From NCBI GenBank assembly GCA_965219425.1, contig OZ244741.1, positions 2,077,330 through 2,141,329 on the forward strand: DNA of 64,000 nucleotides, given 5' to 3'. A program made the position numbers and the translations under genes. This DNA is from Dehalococcoidia bacterium (lineage in GTDB: Bacteria > Chloroflexota > Dehalococcoidia > Lucifugimonadales > Australimonadaceae). Below, piece by piece: positions 54,796 through 64,000 of this stretch (its first letter is position 1; each line of letters begins with the position of its first letter). A model generated the notes under the pieces. That model ran no database searches. It was not told the origin of the DNA and saw nothing but the letters and a program-made list of their open reading frames with translations.

Positions 54796-55149
54796 ATGGA
54801 AGCGCGCGAAGCAGTTGCACTCCAACCCAACGAGAAGATCGCCGAGTTCAAGCCGGGCGACACCGTGAAGGTGAACGTCTGGATCCGCGAGGGCGAGCGC
54901 CAGCGCCAGCAGAGCTTCCAGGGCGTCGTCATCCGGAAGCGTCGGGGCGGCCCTTCCAGCTCCTTCACCGTCCGCCGGGTCGCGTCCGGCATCGGCGTCG
55001 AGCGTTCCTTCTTCTTCCACTCTCCCAACGTGGACAGCGTCGAGCTGGTCCGTCGAGGCATCGTCCGCCGCGCCAAGCTCTACTACCTCCGCGGCCTCTC
55101 AGGGAAAGCCGCCCGCATCAAAGAGCGCACCCAGAGCGGCAAGCGCTAG
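54796..55149 (+). CDS. rplS: 50S ribosomal protein L19
   Basis: [35 protein letters not shown]...FTVRR...[11 protein letters not shown] is the L19 signature. Confidence 0.95.
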   Translation: MEAREAVALQPNEKIAEFKPGDTVKVNVWIREGERQRQQSFQGVVIRKRRGGPSSSFTVRRVASGIGVERSFFFHSPNVDSVELVRRGIVRRAKLYYLRGLSGKAARIKERTQSGKR

Positions 55150-55322
55150 CCTTACCTTCCTCCTTCATCGACGGGGCTCCTTGCCTCCTCCTGTTGTGAG
55201 AGTTTCGCGTCCGGCGACACGCGCCCCTTCCGCCAGCGCCCCGCCTCGCCTACGATGGCCTTCCGTGGACGGGGCCGCCCCACCCTGGGCGACTTCCCTC
55301 TCCACGAGCGGCGTGGCCCTAA

Positions 55323-57851
55323 ATGTCTCAGAATGTCTCGCTTTCACATGAAACGGACGCCCCAACGGCTTCCCGCGACAGCGCGGCCCCCGCCGTCCGC
55401 TACGCAGAGGTGGCGGTCGACGCGCACACGGGGAAGCCCGGCGGCGCCTTCACCTACTCGATACCCCAGCACCTCGACGTCCGGCCCGGCTGCCTCGTCC
55501 GCGTCCCCTTTGGTCCGCGCACGCTCCACGGCGTGGTCGTCGCCCTCCGCGATACGACGGATGTCGGATACGCCAAGCCCGTCGAGTCGTTGGTCGAGCA
55601 GACGCCCCTCTTAACGCCCGAGCGAATCGCCCTCGCCGAGTGGATCGCGGAGTACTACATGGCGCCTCTCTACGACGCGCTCGCGCTCATGCTCCCGCCG
55701 GACCTGCGGTCCCGCTCACATGCCTACGTGAAGTTCGCCAAGGAGCCCGCCGACCCCGGCCGCCTCTCGCGCGGCGCTCAGCGGTTGCTCGCCTACCTAC
55801 GCTCGGAGCCGCGGCAGCGCCGGGTCAGCTCTCTCGTGCGGACGCTGGGCCCTTGGGCGCGGAACGCGGTCCGCGCGCTGGTCGAGTCCGGCGCGGCGGT
55901 TGAATGGCAAAGCTCCGCCGAACCGCGTCCGGCGAGCGCTCGCTCAAAGGGCGCTCGGCAGAAGCAGGCGCTCGTGGCCGCCCACCATGCCGCCCTCCGC
56001 GCCTACGCCGCCGGCCACCCGCGCGCTCGGACGCGGACCGCGCTCGTCGACGAGCTGCTGAAGGGCAGACCGCTCGACGCAACGGAGACTCGCAAGCGGT
56101 TCGGGCCTGCTGCGGTCGCAGCGCTCATCGCGGCGGGACTCGCCAGGCTCGAAGCCGCTTCGGCGGCGCCCGGTCCGCCCAGGCCGTCGCTCCTGCCGAC
56201 GGCCCAGCAGCAGCGCGCCCTGGCCGCCATCAACGCCGGCCTCGACAACCCCGACTCCAGTCCCCGCGTCTGGCTGCTGCACGGCGTCACCGGCAGCGGG
56301 AAGACCGAGGTCTACCTCCAGTCAATCGCCCACGGCCTCGCGAGCGGCCGCCGCGCCATAGTCCTCGTCCCCGAGCTTGCCCTCACTCCCCAGGCGCTGG
56401 AGCGTTTCGAGGCGCGTTTCCCCGGACGCGTCGGCGTGCTGCACAGCGCGCTCTCCCCTGCCAGGCGCGCCCAGGAGTGGCGGCGCGTGTTCGACGGGGA
56501 GCGCGATGTCGTCATCGGTCCCCGGAGCGCCCTGTTCGCCCCCATCGACAATCTCGGCCTCATCGTCCTCGACGAGGAGCACGAGTGGACGTACAAACAG
56601 GACGAGGCCTCGCCCCGCTACCACGCGCGCGACGCAGCCGAGCGGCTCGCCGCCCTCACCGGCGCGGTCGTCGTGCTCGGGAGCGCGACTCCCGACTTGG
56701 CGACGGCCTACCGGGCCGAGCGCGGCGAGATTGGCAAGCTCGAGCTCCCCGACCGCCTCGAACGCTCCGGCGCGACCGTCGGCCTCGCCCGCGTCGAGGT
56801 CGTCGACATGCGCGAGGAGCTGCGGGGCGGGAATCGCGGCATCTTCAGCCGGCTGCTCCGCGACAGCCTTCAAGAGACCTTGGCGGCCCGCCGGCAGGCC
56901 GTGCTCTTCCTGAACCGGCGGGGAGCTGCGAGCGTCGTCGAGTGCAGGAGCTGCGGGTCCGTGATGCGGTGCGCTCGGTGCTCGACGCCCCTGACCTACC
57001 ACCGCCTCGCCTCCGGACCCGTCGGCGAACGCGGCGAAGCGCAGGGGAGGGGGGACCGGCTCCTCTGCCACCACTGCGGACGGCGTCGCAGCGTGCCCTC
57101 GCGCTGCCCGCGATGCAAGAGCGACCGCATCCGCTACCTCGGCATCGGCGCGCAACGCGTCGCGGAGGAGGTGGCTGTCCTGGCTCCCGAGGCGCGCGTG
57201 CTCCGTTGGGACAGCGACGCCGTAACGAATGCGGGCGCCCACGAGCGTCTCCTGAAAGCCTTCGCCAACGGCGATGCGGATGTCCTCGTCGGAACGCAGA
57301 TGGTCGCCAAGGGACTCGATATCCCGTCCGTCGACCTCGTGGGCGTCGTCTTGGCGGACGTCGGACTGCACATGCCGGACTTCCGCGCCCCTGAGCGCGC
57401 CTTCCAATTGCTCACCCAGGTCGCCGGTCGGGCCGGCCGGGGCCGCGAGCCCGGTCGCGCCGTTGTCCAGACCTACCTCCCGGACCACTACGCCATACAG
57501 ACCGCCGCCGCCCAGGACTACGCCGCCTTCTACGAGGAGGAGATCGAGCGGCGCCGCATCCACGGCAATCCGCCCGTCAACAAGCTCGTCAGGCTCCTCT
57601 ACGCCCACTCCGACCAGAAGACCGCCGCCATAGAAGCGTCACGCTTCGGGAGCTTGCTCCGCCGTATCCGGCGTGAGTGGGACATGAACGAGGTCGAGAT
57701 TATCGGGCCCGCTCCCGCCTACCCCCCGCGAGTCAGAAACGCCTGGCAGTGGCATATCATCGTGCGGGCCCCCGAGCCCCGCGCCCTTCTCGACAAGGTC
57801 GGCATCCCCCCCGCCTGGCGCGTGGACGTGGATCCCGTGAACGTGGTGTGA
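55323..57851 (+). CDS. priA: primosomal protein N' (replication restart helicase PriA)
   Basis: YAEVAVD...FTYSIP...G..VRVPFG...GVV 3'-binding domain, GVTGSGKTEVY, LDEEHE, Cys-rich insert CRSCG...CARCS...CHHCG...CPRC. Confidence 0.92.
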   Translation: MSQNVSLSHETDAPTASRDSAAPAVRYAEVAVDAHTGKPGGAFTYSIPQHLDVRPGCLVRVPFGPRTLHGVVVALRDTTDVGYAKPVESLVEQTPLLTPERIALAEWIAEYYMAPLYDALALMLPPDLRSRSHAYVKFAKEPADPGRLSRGAQRLLAYLRSEPRQRRVSSLVRTLGPWARNAVRALVESGAAVEWQSSAEPRPASARSKGARQKQALVAAHHAALRAYAAGHPRARTRTALVDELLKGRPLDATETRKRFGPAAVAALIAAGLARLEAASAAPGPPRPSLLPTAQQQRALAAINAGLDNPDSSPRVWLLHGVTGSGKTEVYLQSIAHGLASGRRAIVLVPELALTPQALERFEARFPGRVGVLHSALSPARRAQEWRRVFDGERDVVIGPRSALFAPIDNLGLIVLDEEHEWTYKQDEASPRYHARDAAERLAALTGAVVVLGSATPDLATAYRAERGEIGKLELPDRLERSGATVGLARVEVVDMREELRGGNRGIFSRLLRDSLQETLAARRQAVLFLNRRGAASVVECRSCGSVMRCARCSTPLTYHRLASGPVGERGEAQGRGDRLLCHHCGRRRSVPSRCPRCKSDRIRYLGIGAQRVAEEVAVLAPEARVLRWDSDAVTNAGAHERLLKAFANGDADVLVGTQMVAKGLDIPSVDLVGVVLADVGLHMPDFRAPERAFQLLTQVAGRAGRGREPGRAVVQTYLPDHYAIQTAAAQDYAAFYEEEIERRRIHGNPPVNKLVRLLYAHSDQKTAAIEASRFGSLLRRIRREWDMNEVEIIGPAPAYPPRVRNAWQWHIIVRAPEPRALLDKVGIPPAWRVDVDPVNVV

Positions 57852-57856
57852 CCGTC

Positions 57857-58057
57857 ATGGCCGGCTACAAGCTCCAGTTCACCGCCGTTATCGAGAAGCA
57901 GGGCCCGAACCCCTACGTGGACGTTCCCGACCTCCCCGCCGACATCGTGGACGTCCACGTGCACCTGCTCCGCGTCACGCGCCCCGAAGACCTCGACGAC
58001 GAGGTCATGGAATGGGTGCGGGAGTCCTACCGTGTGGGCGCTCAAGAGCGCGGCTAG
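57857..58057 (+). CDS. small hypothetical protein (possible remnant)
   Basis: 66-aa internal-start ORF. The N-terminus YKLQFTAVIEKQGPNPYVDVP is DUF1905-like. Weak. Confidence 0.35.
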   Translation: MAGYKLQFTAVIEKQGPNPYVDVPDLPADIVDVHVHLLRVTRPEDLDDEVMEWVRESYRVGAQERG

Positions 58058-58085
58058 CCCCAGTCCGGCGCCGTATAATCTCCCT

Positions 58086-58631
58086 ATGGCCGTCCTGCCC
58101 ATGCACTACATACCGAACCCCATCCTGCGGGAGCGCGCCCGGAAGGTGCGCAAGCTCGATGACCTCGCGCTGCGAAAGCTCGCCGACGACATGATTGACT
58201 CCATGCGCCACTACAACGGCGTCGGCATCGCGGCGAACCAGGTCGGCTCCCTCAAACGAATATGCGTCATCCAGATGCCCGAGGACGAAGACCCGACCGT
58301 TCTCGTCAACTTGGAGGTCACCCGCAAAGAGGGCGAGCGCGAGGTCACCGAGGGCTGCCTCAGTCTCCCCGGATGGCAAGGCCGCATCCTGCGCGCCGAG
58401 AAAGTCTGGGCGAGGGCAGTCGCTTTGGACGGCAGTCCCGTCCGCTACAAGGCCGTCTCAGACCTGCTCGCCCAAGCCCTCGAACACGAGGCCGACCACT
58501 TGGACGGCAAGCTCTATATCGACTACATCCGCTCTCAAGAAGACCTCTACGAGGTGCAAGAGGGCCAGGAGGAAGAGGACGAAGGCGAGGCCGCCGCCCC
58601 CGATGCCGCTGCCGCCCCCGCCAAACCCTGA
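58086..58631 (+). CDS. def: peptide deformylase
   Basis: GVGIAANQVG, EGCLSLPG, HEADHLDG are the three canonical motifs. Acidic C-terminal tail. Confidence 0.93.
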   Translation: MAVLPMHYIPNPILRERARKVRKLDDLALRKLADDMIDSMRHYNGVGIAANQVGSLKRICVIQMPEDEDPTVLVNLEVTRKEGEREVTEGCLSLPGWQGRILRAEKVWARAVALDGSPVRYKAVSDLLAQALEHEADHLDGKLYIDYIRSQEDLYEVQEGQEEEDEGEAAAPDAAAAPAKP

Positions 58632-58661
58632 GCGTCCTTCGGTCCGCCCTATCCGGCTTCC

Positions 58662-58689
58662 CGTCATTCCCGCGCAGGCGGGAATCCAG
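58662..58689. repeat. REP-like element type B
   Basis: CGTCATTCCCGCGCAGGCGGGAATCCAG, an imperfect palindrome. Related copies at 36223-36244 and 44095-44118. Confidence 0.6.
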
Positions 58690-58817
58690 GTATCGGAGCC
58701 CTCCCGATAAGTCCCGCCCAATCGGCTCGGGGTGAGCCCGTCGGACCACAGGGCTTGCTGATCAACGCCGCACGGGCTGCCGCCGCAGGCGGTGGCGAGT
58801 TAGACCGGAACGGATAT

Positions 58818-59177
58818 CTAGCGGAAGAGGCGGTTCTCACCGGGGGCTTTGACCCAGACCCTGCCCTCGCGGACTTCGGTCTCGTAGGCCTGGGCGTCCC
58901 ACGTGTACTTGTCCAAGCACTCGCCGGTCTTGATGTCGAAGACAGCGGCGTGGATGGGACAGACGACTTCGCCGGGCTCGATGAAGCCGTGGCTCAGCAT
59001 GGCGCCCTCGTGGGGGCAGTAGTTGTCGAGCGCGCCGGTCTGCCCGCCGTCCCAGAAGACGGCGATCTCATGACGGCCGTGCTTGGGGTGCACGAATTCG
59101 AACGACATGGCCGTTCTGCCCTTCAGGTCGTCGAGCGAGCAGAGGTCGAACTCGTCGGGCGAGGGAAGATTGGTCAC
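58818..59177 (-). CDS. Rieske [2Fe-2S] ferredoxin-like protein
   Basis: CPHEGAML...CPIHAAVFD are the two Rieske ligand boxes. Confidence 0.85.
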   Translation of the reverse strand: MTNLPSPDEFDLCSLDDLKGRTAMSFEFVHPKHGRHEIAVFWDGGQTGALDNYCPHEGAMLSHGFIEPGEVVCPIHAAVFDIKTGECLDKYTWDAQAYETEVREGRVWVKAPGENRLFR

Positions 59178-59180
59178 GGG

Positions 59181-59597
59181 CTACTGAATCTCGATGAGAG
59201 GTTGGCCGGTGTTGACCGCCTGGTCATTCTTGACCTTGACGTTCTTGACAACCCCGGCTTTGGCCATGCGGACGCTCTGTTCCATCTTCATGGACTCCAG
59301 AAGGCATATCTCGTCGCCGGCCTCCAGCTGCTGGCCCTTCTTGAGCGTCATGGAGACGATCTTGCCAGGCAGGGGGCAGCGGATGACGCGCTCGTCGCCT
59401 TGGGTGAGGCCGCGCAGGCCGGGTAGCGCGGCCTTGGGCGCCGGCTTACGGGGGAGAGGCATGTCGCCGTCCGCGGGGTTGCCGATCTCCACCATGAACG
59501 ATTCGCCGTCGACCACTACCTCAACGGGGCTCTGGTAAGTGTCGCCGACTTCGACGGCGTACCAATCATCGTTGACTCTGACGCGGAGACGTTTCAC
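59181..59597 (-). CDS. biotin carboxyl carrier / biotinyl-domain protein
   Basis: ICLLESMKMEQSV biotinylation motif. GTG start sharing one base with the accC stop (TAGTG). Confidence 0.75.
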   Translation of the reverse strand: MKRLRVRVNDDWYAVEVGDTYQSPVEVVVDGESFMVEIGNPADGDMPLPRKPAPKAALPGLRGLTQGDERVIRCPLPGKIVSMTLKKGQQLEAGDEICLLESMKMEQSVRMAKAGVVKNVKVKNDQAVNTGQPLIEIQ

Positions 59598-61084
59598 TAG
59601 AGGGCTCCGTTGCTGAAGCGGTTCACCATGGCCATGCGCCGACCGTACATCCGCCACTTGCTGGGCATCTGGGCGTCGGCGCGCTCCTGGCTTAGCGCCA
59701 TCGCCAAGGCTATAGCGGCGATGATGCGCTTGTCCTGCGATGCGGGCTCGTCGAGCAGCCGTTCCAGGAAGCCGTTGTCGAACGCGGCCCGCTTGAAGTC
59801 CTTGTTGTCGAGGACGCGCTTGATGAGGGGAATGTTCACGACGAGACCGTCGATCTTGTACTCGTCGAGGGCGGTCTGCATGTTGGCGATGGCGGTGGCG
59901 CGGTCCTTTCCGCGGACTACGAGCTTGGCCATCATCGACTCATAGTAGGGAGAGACTTCGTACCCCTCGTAGAGAGCGCTGTCCACCCGTACGTTGTAGC
60001 CGCTGGGCTCCGTCAGCCCAACGACCGTGCCGGCGGTCGGTAGGAGCATGACGGGGTCTTCTGGATAGATGCGGGCCTCGATGGCGGCGCCGTTCTGGAC
60101 GATCTCTTCCTGCTCGATGTTCAACGGCTCGCCCGCCGCCACCCGCAGCTGGAGCTCGACGAGGTCAATGCCGGTGACCATTTCGGTGACGGGATGCTCG
60201 ACCTGGAGGCGGGTGTTCATCTCCAAGAAATAGAAGCTCTCGCCATCGCCGTCGAGGAGGTATTCGATGGTCCCGGCGTTCGTGTAGCCGATCGCCTTGA
60301 CGAGGCGCACGGCGGAGTCCAGCAGGGCGTCCTTCACATGGGGAGCGAGCTTGGCGCAAGGGGTCTCCTCGATTACCTTCTGGTTGCGCCGTTGCACCGA
60401 GCAGTCGCGCTCGAACAGGTGGATGGCGCCGCCGTGCTTGTCGCCCATGACCTGCACCTCGACGTGAGAGGCTCCCTCGACGCGGCGCTCCATGTAGACG
60501 CGACTGCTGCCGAAGGCGCCCTGCGCTTGGGAGCGGGCGCGGTCGAGGGCTTGCGCGAGCTCGGACCGCTCCCGCACGAGGCGGATGCCCATGCCGCCGC
60601 CGCCGTCCGCCGCCTTGATCATGAGGGGATAGCCGATCTCCCGAGCGGCCGCTTCCGCCTCCGAGTCCTCAATCTCGCCGTCGGTGCCGGGTATGACGGG
60701 CACGCCGGCCTCCTTGGCCAGCTTGCGCGCCATCACCTTGTCGCCCATCTTCTGAATGATGTCCGACGATGGTCCAATGAAGACGAGGTCCGCATTCTCG
60801 ACTGCTTCGACGAAAGCGGGGTTCTCAGAAAGGAAGCCGTAGCCCGGATGGATGGCCTGCGCCTTCACCTTCCTGGCGGCCTTGAGTATGGACTGCACGT
60901 TGAGGTACGAGTCCGCGGCGGGGGCGTCGCCGATATGGACGGCGCGGTCCGCCATCCGCACGTGCAGCGCCTTCTCGTCGGCGTCCGAGTAGACGGCGAT
61001 AGCCTCGACCCCGAGCCTCTGGCATGAGCGGATGACGCGGCAAGCAATCTCGCCTCGGTTGGCGATGAGAACGGAAGAGAACAT
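59597..61084 (-). CDS. accC: biotin carboxylase
   Basis: MFSSVLIANRGEIACRVIR, GYPLMIKAADGGGGMGIR, EMNTRLQVEHPVTE. Start at the internal ATG 61084. Confidence 0.93.
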   Translation of the reverse strand: MFSSVLIANRGEIACRVIRSCQRLGVEAIAVYSDADEKALHVRMADRAVHIGDAPAADSYLNVQSILKAARKVKAQAIHPGYGFLSENPAFVEAVENADLVFIGPSSDIIQKMGDKVMARKLAKEAGVPVIPGTDGEIEDSEAEAAAREIGYPLMIKAADGGGGMGIRLVRERSELAQALDRARSQAQGAFGSSRVYMERRVEGASHVEVQVMGDKHGGAIHLFERDCSVQRRNQKVIEETPCAKLAPHVKDALLDSAVRLVKAIGYTNAGTIEYLLDGDGESFYFLEMNTRLQVEHPVTEMVTGIDLVELQLRVAAGEPLNIEQEEIVQNGAAIEARIYPEDPVMLLPTAGTVVGLTEPSGYNVRVDSALYEGYEVSPYYESMMAKLVVRGKDRATAIANMQTALDEYKIDGLVVNIPLIKRVLDNKDFKRAAFDNGFLERLLDEPASQDKRIIAAIALAMALSQERADAQMPSKWRMYGRRMAMVNRFSNGAL

Positions 61085-61260
61085 ACCGAGCCTAGTGTAG
61101 CTGGCGCAGCCGATTGGGGCCAAGCAGCCTGCTCCTCTCCATCGTCTGCGAGGGAGAGTTAGGGAGGGGCCGGGGCCCCTAGACGAGAGAGATTCGGCGG
61201 TACGAAAGGGCCCCCTCCGACACGGGGGGCCTTTCGCCCGGGTGGGCTGCGCGCTAGAGG

Positions 61261-61521
61261 CTAGCGGTAGCCGCGGTCCTCGCGGGGGCGCGCCTCGTTG
61301 ACGTTGAGAGTGCGGCCCGCAAGGTCGGAGCCGTTCAGACCGGCGATTGCGCTCTGCGCCTGGCCGCCGTCCGGCATCTCAACGAAGCCGAACCCACGGG
61401 ACCGCTCGGTGTAGCGGTCGATGGCGACACGCGCCTCGACGACCTCGCCAAACTGCTCGAAAGCAACTCTGAGCTCGTCGTCATTTGTGCTGTAGCTAAG
61501 GTTTCCGACGTAAATCCGCAT
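61261..61521 (-). CDS. RRM-type RNA-binding protein
   Basis: MRIYVGNLSY (RNP2) and RGFGFVEM (RNP1). Confidence 0.9.
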   Translation of the reverse strand: MRIYVGNLSYSTNDDELRVAFEQFGEVVEARVAIDRYTERSRGFGFVEMPDGGQAQSAIAGLNGSDLAGRTLNVNEARPREDRGYR

Positions 61522-61749
61522 ACGGTGCTCCTTCTCCTAGATACCCAACCAACTCGGAGGCGCCGCTACCGCGTCGGCGTGTCGGACCGTGAGGGAGCAT
61601 CCGGCAACCACTCAAGCTCTGGGAACGCCGTCAGTATACGGATGCGGGGAGTCACGAACAACCCACCCCTCCCGGCCACAATGAACTTTGCAGGCAAGCG
61701 GACAACTTCCTTCCTATCCCGGAGCAATGGGTAGGGGACACGCGGGGGG

Positions 61750-61758
61750 TGCTAGAAT
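61750..61758 (+). promoter_or_regulatory. extended -10 element TGCTAGAAT upstream of xdhC-like gene
   Basis: TGnTAnAAT about 40 nt upstream of ATG 61797, which is preceded by GGAGG. Confidence 0.4.
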
Positions 61759-61796
61759 CTAGGGGACGGACCGCTTGCGCGGCTAACGGAGGAGCG

Positions 61797-62921
61797 ATGA
61801 AAGGCGTTTACGACGAAGCAGCCGAACTCGCGAAGGAGAACAAAGACTTCGTGGTCGCGACCGTCGTCCACACGCAAGGCTCGACGCCCCAGAAGCCCGG
61901 CGCCGCGCTCCTCGTCCGGCAGGACGGCTCCACCGTCGGCACGCTAGGCGGCGGATGCGTCGAAGGCGACATTTGGTTCGCCGCCAAGGAGGCGCTCCGC
62001 GAGCGCACGGGGCCCCTCTACAAGCGCTACTACCTGAACGAGGACATCGCCGCACGTGACGGGTTGGTCTGCGGAGGCACGATGTACTTCTACATCGAAC
62101 CCGTTATCGACGCCCCCGGCTTCCGCGACCTCTCCAAGGAGATAGCCGATGCCTACGCCGGAGGGGCCAGCCTCTCCACCGCAACCCTCGTCGCCAGCGA
62201 CCGGCTGGAGATCGGCGCACGCGTCATCGCCCACGAGGACGGCGCGTCCGAGGGGTCCCTGGGCGATGCCGCGCTCGACGCGGAGGCTATCGAGACGGCC
62301 AAGGCCGTGATGGCCATGGGCAAGACCTCTCGCATCCACACTGCGCAGGGCGACGAGGTGTTTGTCGAGGGCTACACTGCTCCCGCACTGCTCGTGCTGA
62401 TCGGGGGAGGCCACGTCAATCTGCAAGTTGCGCGGCTCGCCCAGATGATGGGCTTCCGCGTGATGGTCACCGACGACCGGCGCGAGTTCGCCAACCAAGA
62501 ACGCTTCCCGATGGCCGAGGCCGTGAGCGTCGACTCCTACGGCAAGGGCGTCGGCGCCTTTCCCGTCACGCCCAACACCGCCATCGTCATCGGCACGCGA
62601 GGCCACCACTTCGACGACGACGCTACCGAGGCGGCAGTACGGACCAGCGCAGGGTACGTCGGCCTGCTCGGCAGCAAGCGCAAGACGATCATGATCTACG
62701 AGTCGCTCCTGAGGAAGGGCGTCCCGGAGGAGCGCCTACGGCAAGTCCACGCTCCCATCGGCCTCGACCTTGGCGGCCGCACCCCCGAGGAAATCGCCCT
62801 CAGCATCGTCTCCGAGATCGTCGCCTGGCGCCACGACCATCAAGGCGGCCCCATGATCATCGAGTCCTCTCATATTGACCGAATCGTTGGCAAAGTGAAG
62901 GGCGCGGCGACCACTCCTTAG
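61797..62921 (+). CDS. XdhC/CoxI-family molybdoenzyme maturation factor
   Basis: VVATVVHTQGSTPQKPGAALLV..DGS..GTLGGGCVEG N-domain and LVLIGGGHV Rossmann C-domain. Confidence 0.85.
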   Translation: MKGVYDEAAELAKENKDFVVATVVHTQGSTPQKPGAALLVRQDGSTVGTLGGGCVEGDIWFAAKEALRERTGPLYKRYYLNEDIAARDGLVCGGTMYFYIEPVIDAPGFRDLSKEIADAYAGGASLSTATLVASDRLEIGARVIAHEDGASEGSLGDAALDAEAIETAKAVMAMGKTSRIHTAQGDEVFVEGYTAPALLVLIGGGHVNLQVARLAQMMGFRVMVTDDRREFANQERFPMAEAVSVDSYGKGVGAFPVTPNTAIVIGTRGHHFDDDATEAAVRTSAGYVGLLGSKRKTIMIYESLLRKGVPEERLRQVHAPIGLDLGGRTPEEIALSIVSEIVAWRHDHQGGPMIIESSHIDRIVGKVKGAATTP

Positions 62922-63117
62922 CCCGCCTGCACAAGGGCCCCGCCCGGTCGGCCTCGTAAGGGTTTCGGCCATTGCGCGTGACCGTATGTGGTTGAAGGCC
63001 GAAACGGTGGGCTGTAGAATGAAGATGCAGCGCAATGGTCGCGGCCTTTCTCCTCCGTTCTCGCGCAGAACTATCCAGACTCCCAGCCGTCGGCGTTTCG
63101 ATAGGTAAAGTCCCACT

Positions 63118-63230
63118 CCCCCGCCGTTCGCGGGCGCTTCTCTCACATACACCCCACACCAGGCCACCAACGCAAGCCAAAGTACGCCCCGCCGTTCGCG
63201 GGCGCTTCTCTCCTATATACACCCCAACAC
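63118..63230. repeat. two about 43-nt direct repeats spaced 68 nt apart, each with a small hairpin, in the rho upstream region
   Basis: CCCGCCGTTCGCGGGCGCTTCTCTC(A/C)(C/T)ATA(-/T)ACACCCCA at 63118-63159 and 63186-63230. Confidence 0.65.
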
Positions 63231-63276
63231 TAGACCACAATCGGATAACGCAGGCGCCGGGGCATCCCCGCCCTAG

Positions 63277-63299
63277 CTCTCCCCCGCATACGGGAGAGG
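63277..63299. repeat. REP-like element type A
   Basis: CTCTCCCCCGCATACGGGAGAGG palindrome. Related to 44135-44156 and the cluster at 36290-36432. Confidence 0.55.
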
Positions 63300-63336
63300 G
63301 GAAAAGGCGCCGAAGCGCGTCCTCAATGGAGTCCCC

Positions 63337-64000
63337 ATGAACATCGCGGAACTGCAGGTGAAGACCACCGAAGAGCTTTGCTCCATCGCCCATGAGCTCG
63401 GTATGAACGGCGACGACCCGCCCCCGAAAACGCACGACGCCGCGCTGTACCAGACGCTCCAGGCCTACGCCAACAAAGAGGGAGTGCTGCTGGCGAGCGG
63501 AGTCCTAGAAATCCTGCCGGACGGCTATGGGTTCCTGCGCCACAACGGACGGAAAGTGGGCCAGGCCGACGCCTACGTTTCGCAGTCGCAGGTGCGGCGG
63601 TTCGGGCTCCGGACGGGGGACCTGGTGCTCGGACAGGTGCGGGACTCGCGGGAGAACGAGCGGTACGTCGGGGTCACGAAGGTGGAGGCGGTCAACGGGC
63701 TCGATCCGGAGGTGGCGCGGCGGCGCAAGAGCTTCGAGCGGCTCACTCCTATCTTCCCGGACGTGCAGATGAAGCTGGAGACAGGCGCACACGACATCGC
63801 CACGCGCATGATCGATATCCTCTCGCCCGTCGGGCGGGGCCAGCGCGGTCTCATCGTCGCGGCGCCCAAGGCTGGCAAGACGACCCTGCTCAAGCAGATT
63901 GCGTCGGGCATCAGCGCCAACTACTCGGACATCCACATCATGGTTGCGCTCATCGGGGAGCGGCCTGAAGAGGTCACGGACGTCAAGCGCTCGATAAACG
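63337..64000 (+). CDS. rho: transcription termination factor Rho (5' part, runs off the window)
   Basis: Not in the ORF track because no stop is reached. My translation gives MNIAELQVKTTEEL..., GVLEILPDGYGFLR, YVSQSQVRRFGLRTGD, PKAGKTTLL, LIGERPEEVTD. Confidence 0.93.
   Translation, partial: MNIAELQVKTTEELCSIAHELGMNGDDPPPKTHDAALYQTLQAYANKEGVLLASGVLEILPDGYGFLRHNGRKVGQADAYVSQSQVRRFGLRTGDLVLGQVRDSRENERYVGVTKVEAVNGLDPEVARRRKSFERLTPIFPDVQMKLETGAHDIATRMIDILSPVGRGQRGLIVAAPKAGKTTLLKQIASGISANYSDIHIMVALIGERPEEVTDVKRSIN

Noticed and set aside
61195-61240. Hairpin CGAAAGGGCCCCC...GGGGGGCCTTTCG downstream of the RRM gene as an intrinsic terminator
   Set aside because: The stem is plausible, but there is no U-tract on the transcribed (minus) strand. 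I did not list it as a feature because support is insufficient.

Overview
High-GC bacterial chromosomal window. The gene content and Pro/Thr-rich lipoprotein linkers are reminiscent of Chloroflexota-like genomes, but that is only a weak inference. I see four blocks.

(1) 1-16.3 kb is a single-strand phage/ICE-like accessory module. It carries a CHC2-Toprim primase, a Rad52-type annealase, a TSCPD-like protein, a Cas4/RecB-like exonuclease, SSB, RadC, and an orphan NPPY DNA methyltransferase with an SNF2-type helicase. These are followed by a complete PRTRC-type ubiquitin-like cassette (Ubl, E2-like, JAB, ThiF/E1) plus DUF2958. The module contains a recurring hairpin family and iteron-like repeats.

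(2) 16.3-24.4 kb holds an HTH protein, a Cache-like lipoprotein and three tandem paralogous secreted proteins. Divergent from these is a one-polypeptide two-component system (GAF-PAS-HK-REC-wHTH), followed by an SDR-type gene.

(3) 24.4-37.0 kb is a mosaic accessory island. It starts with a visibly AT-richer ParA pair, then a nonsense-mutated OmpR-type regulator that is a close paralog of the hybrid kinase C-terminus, then an IS21-family element (istAB). Next comes an AT-richer, tightly overlapping five-gene operon: Xis-like HTH, DNA methyltransferase, an unknown protein, a BrxC/ORC-like P-loop ATPase and a PIN nuclease. This operon is my best candidate for an uncharacterised methylation-linked defence system. 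It is followed by about 0.93 kb with no credible ORF and by an orphan phage terminase large subunit that lacks a start codon and has REP-like elements inserted.

(4) 37-64 kb is housekeeping: metG, polyprenyl synthase, NAD-formate dehydrogenase, lipA, a secreted protease, an amidohydrolase, a TctC-like binding protein, radA, clpC and rpsA. It continues with a stand-alone 5S rRNA gene that has its own promoter, then pfkA, rplS, priA, def, Rieske, BCCP/accC, an RRM protein, xdhC and the 5' part of rho.

No CRISPR array or tRNA could be supported. Many long ORFs in the track are antisense or off-frame shadows typical of high-GC DNA and were not called.
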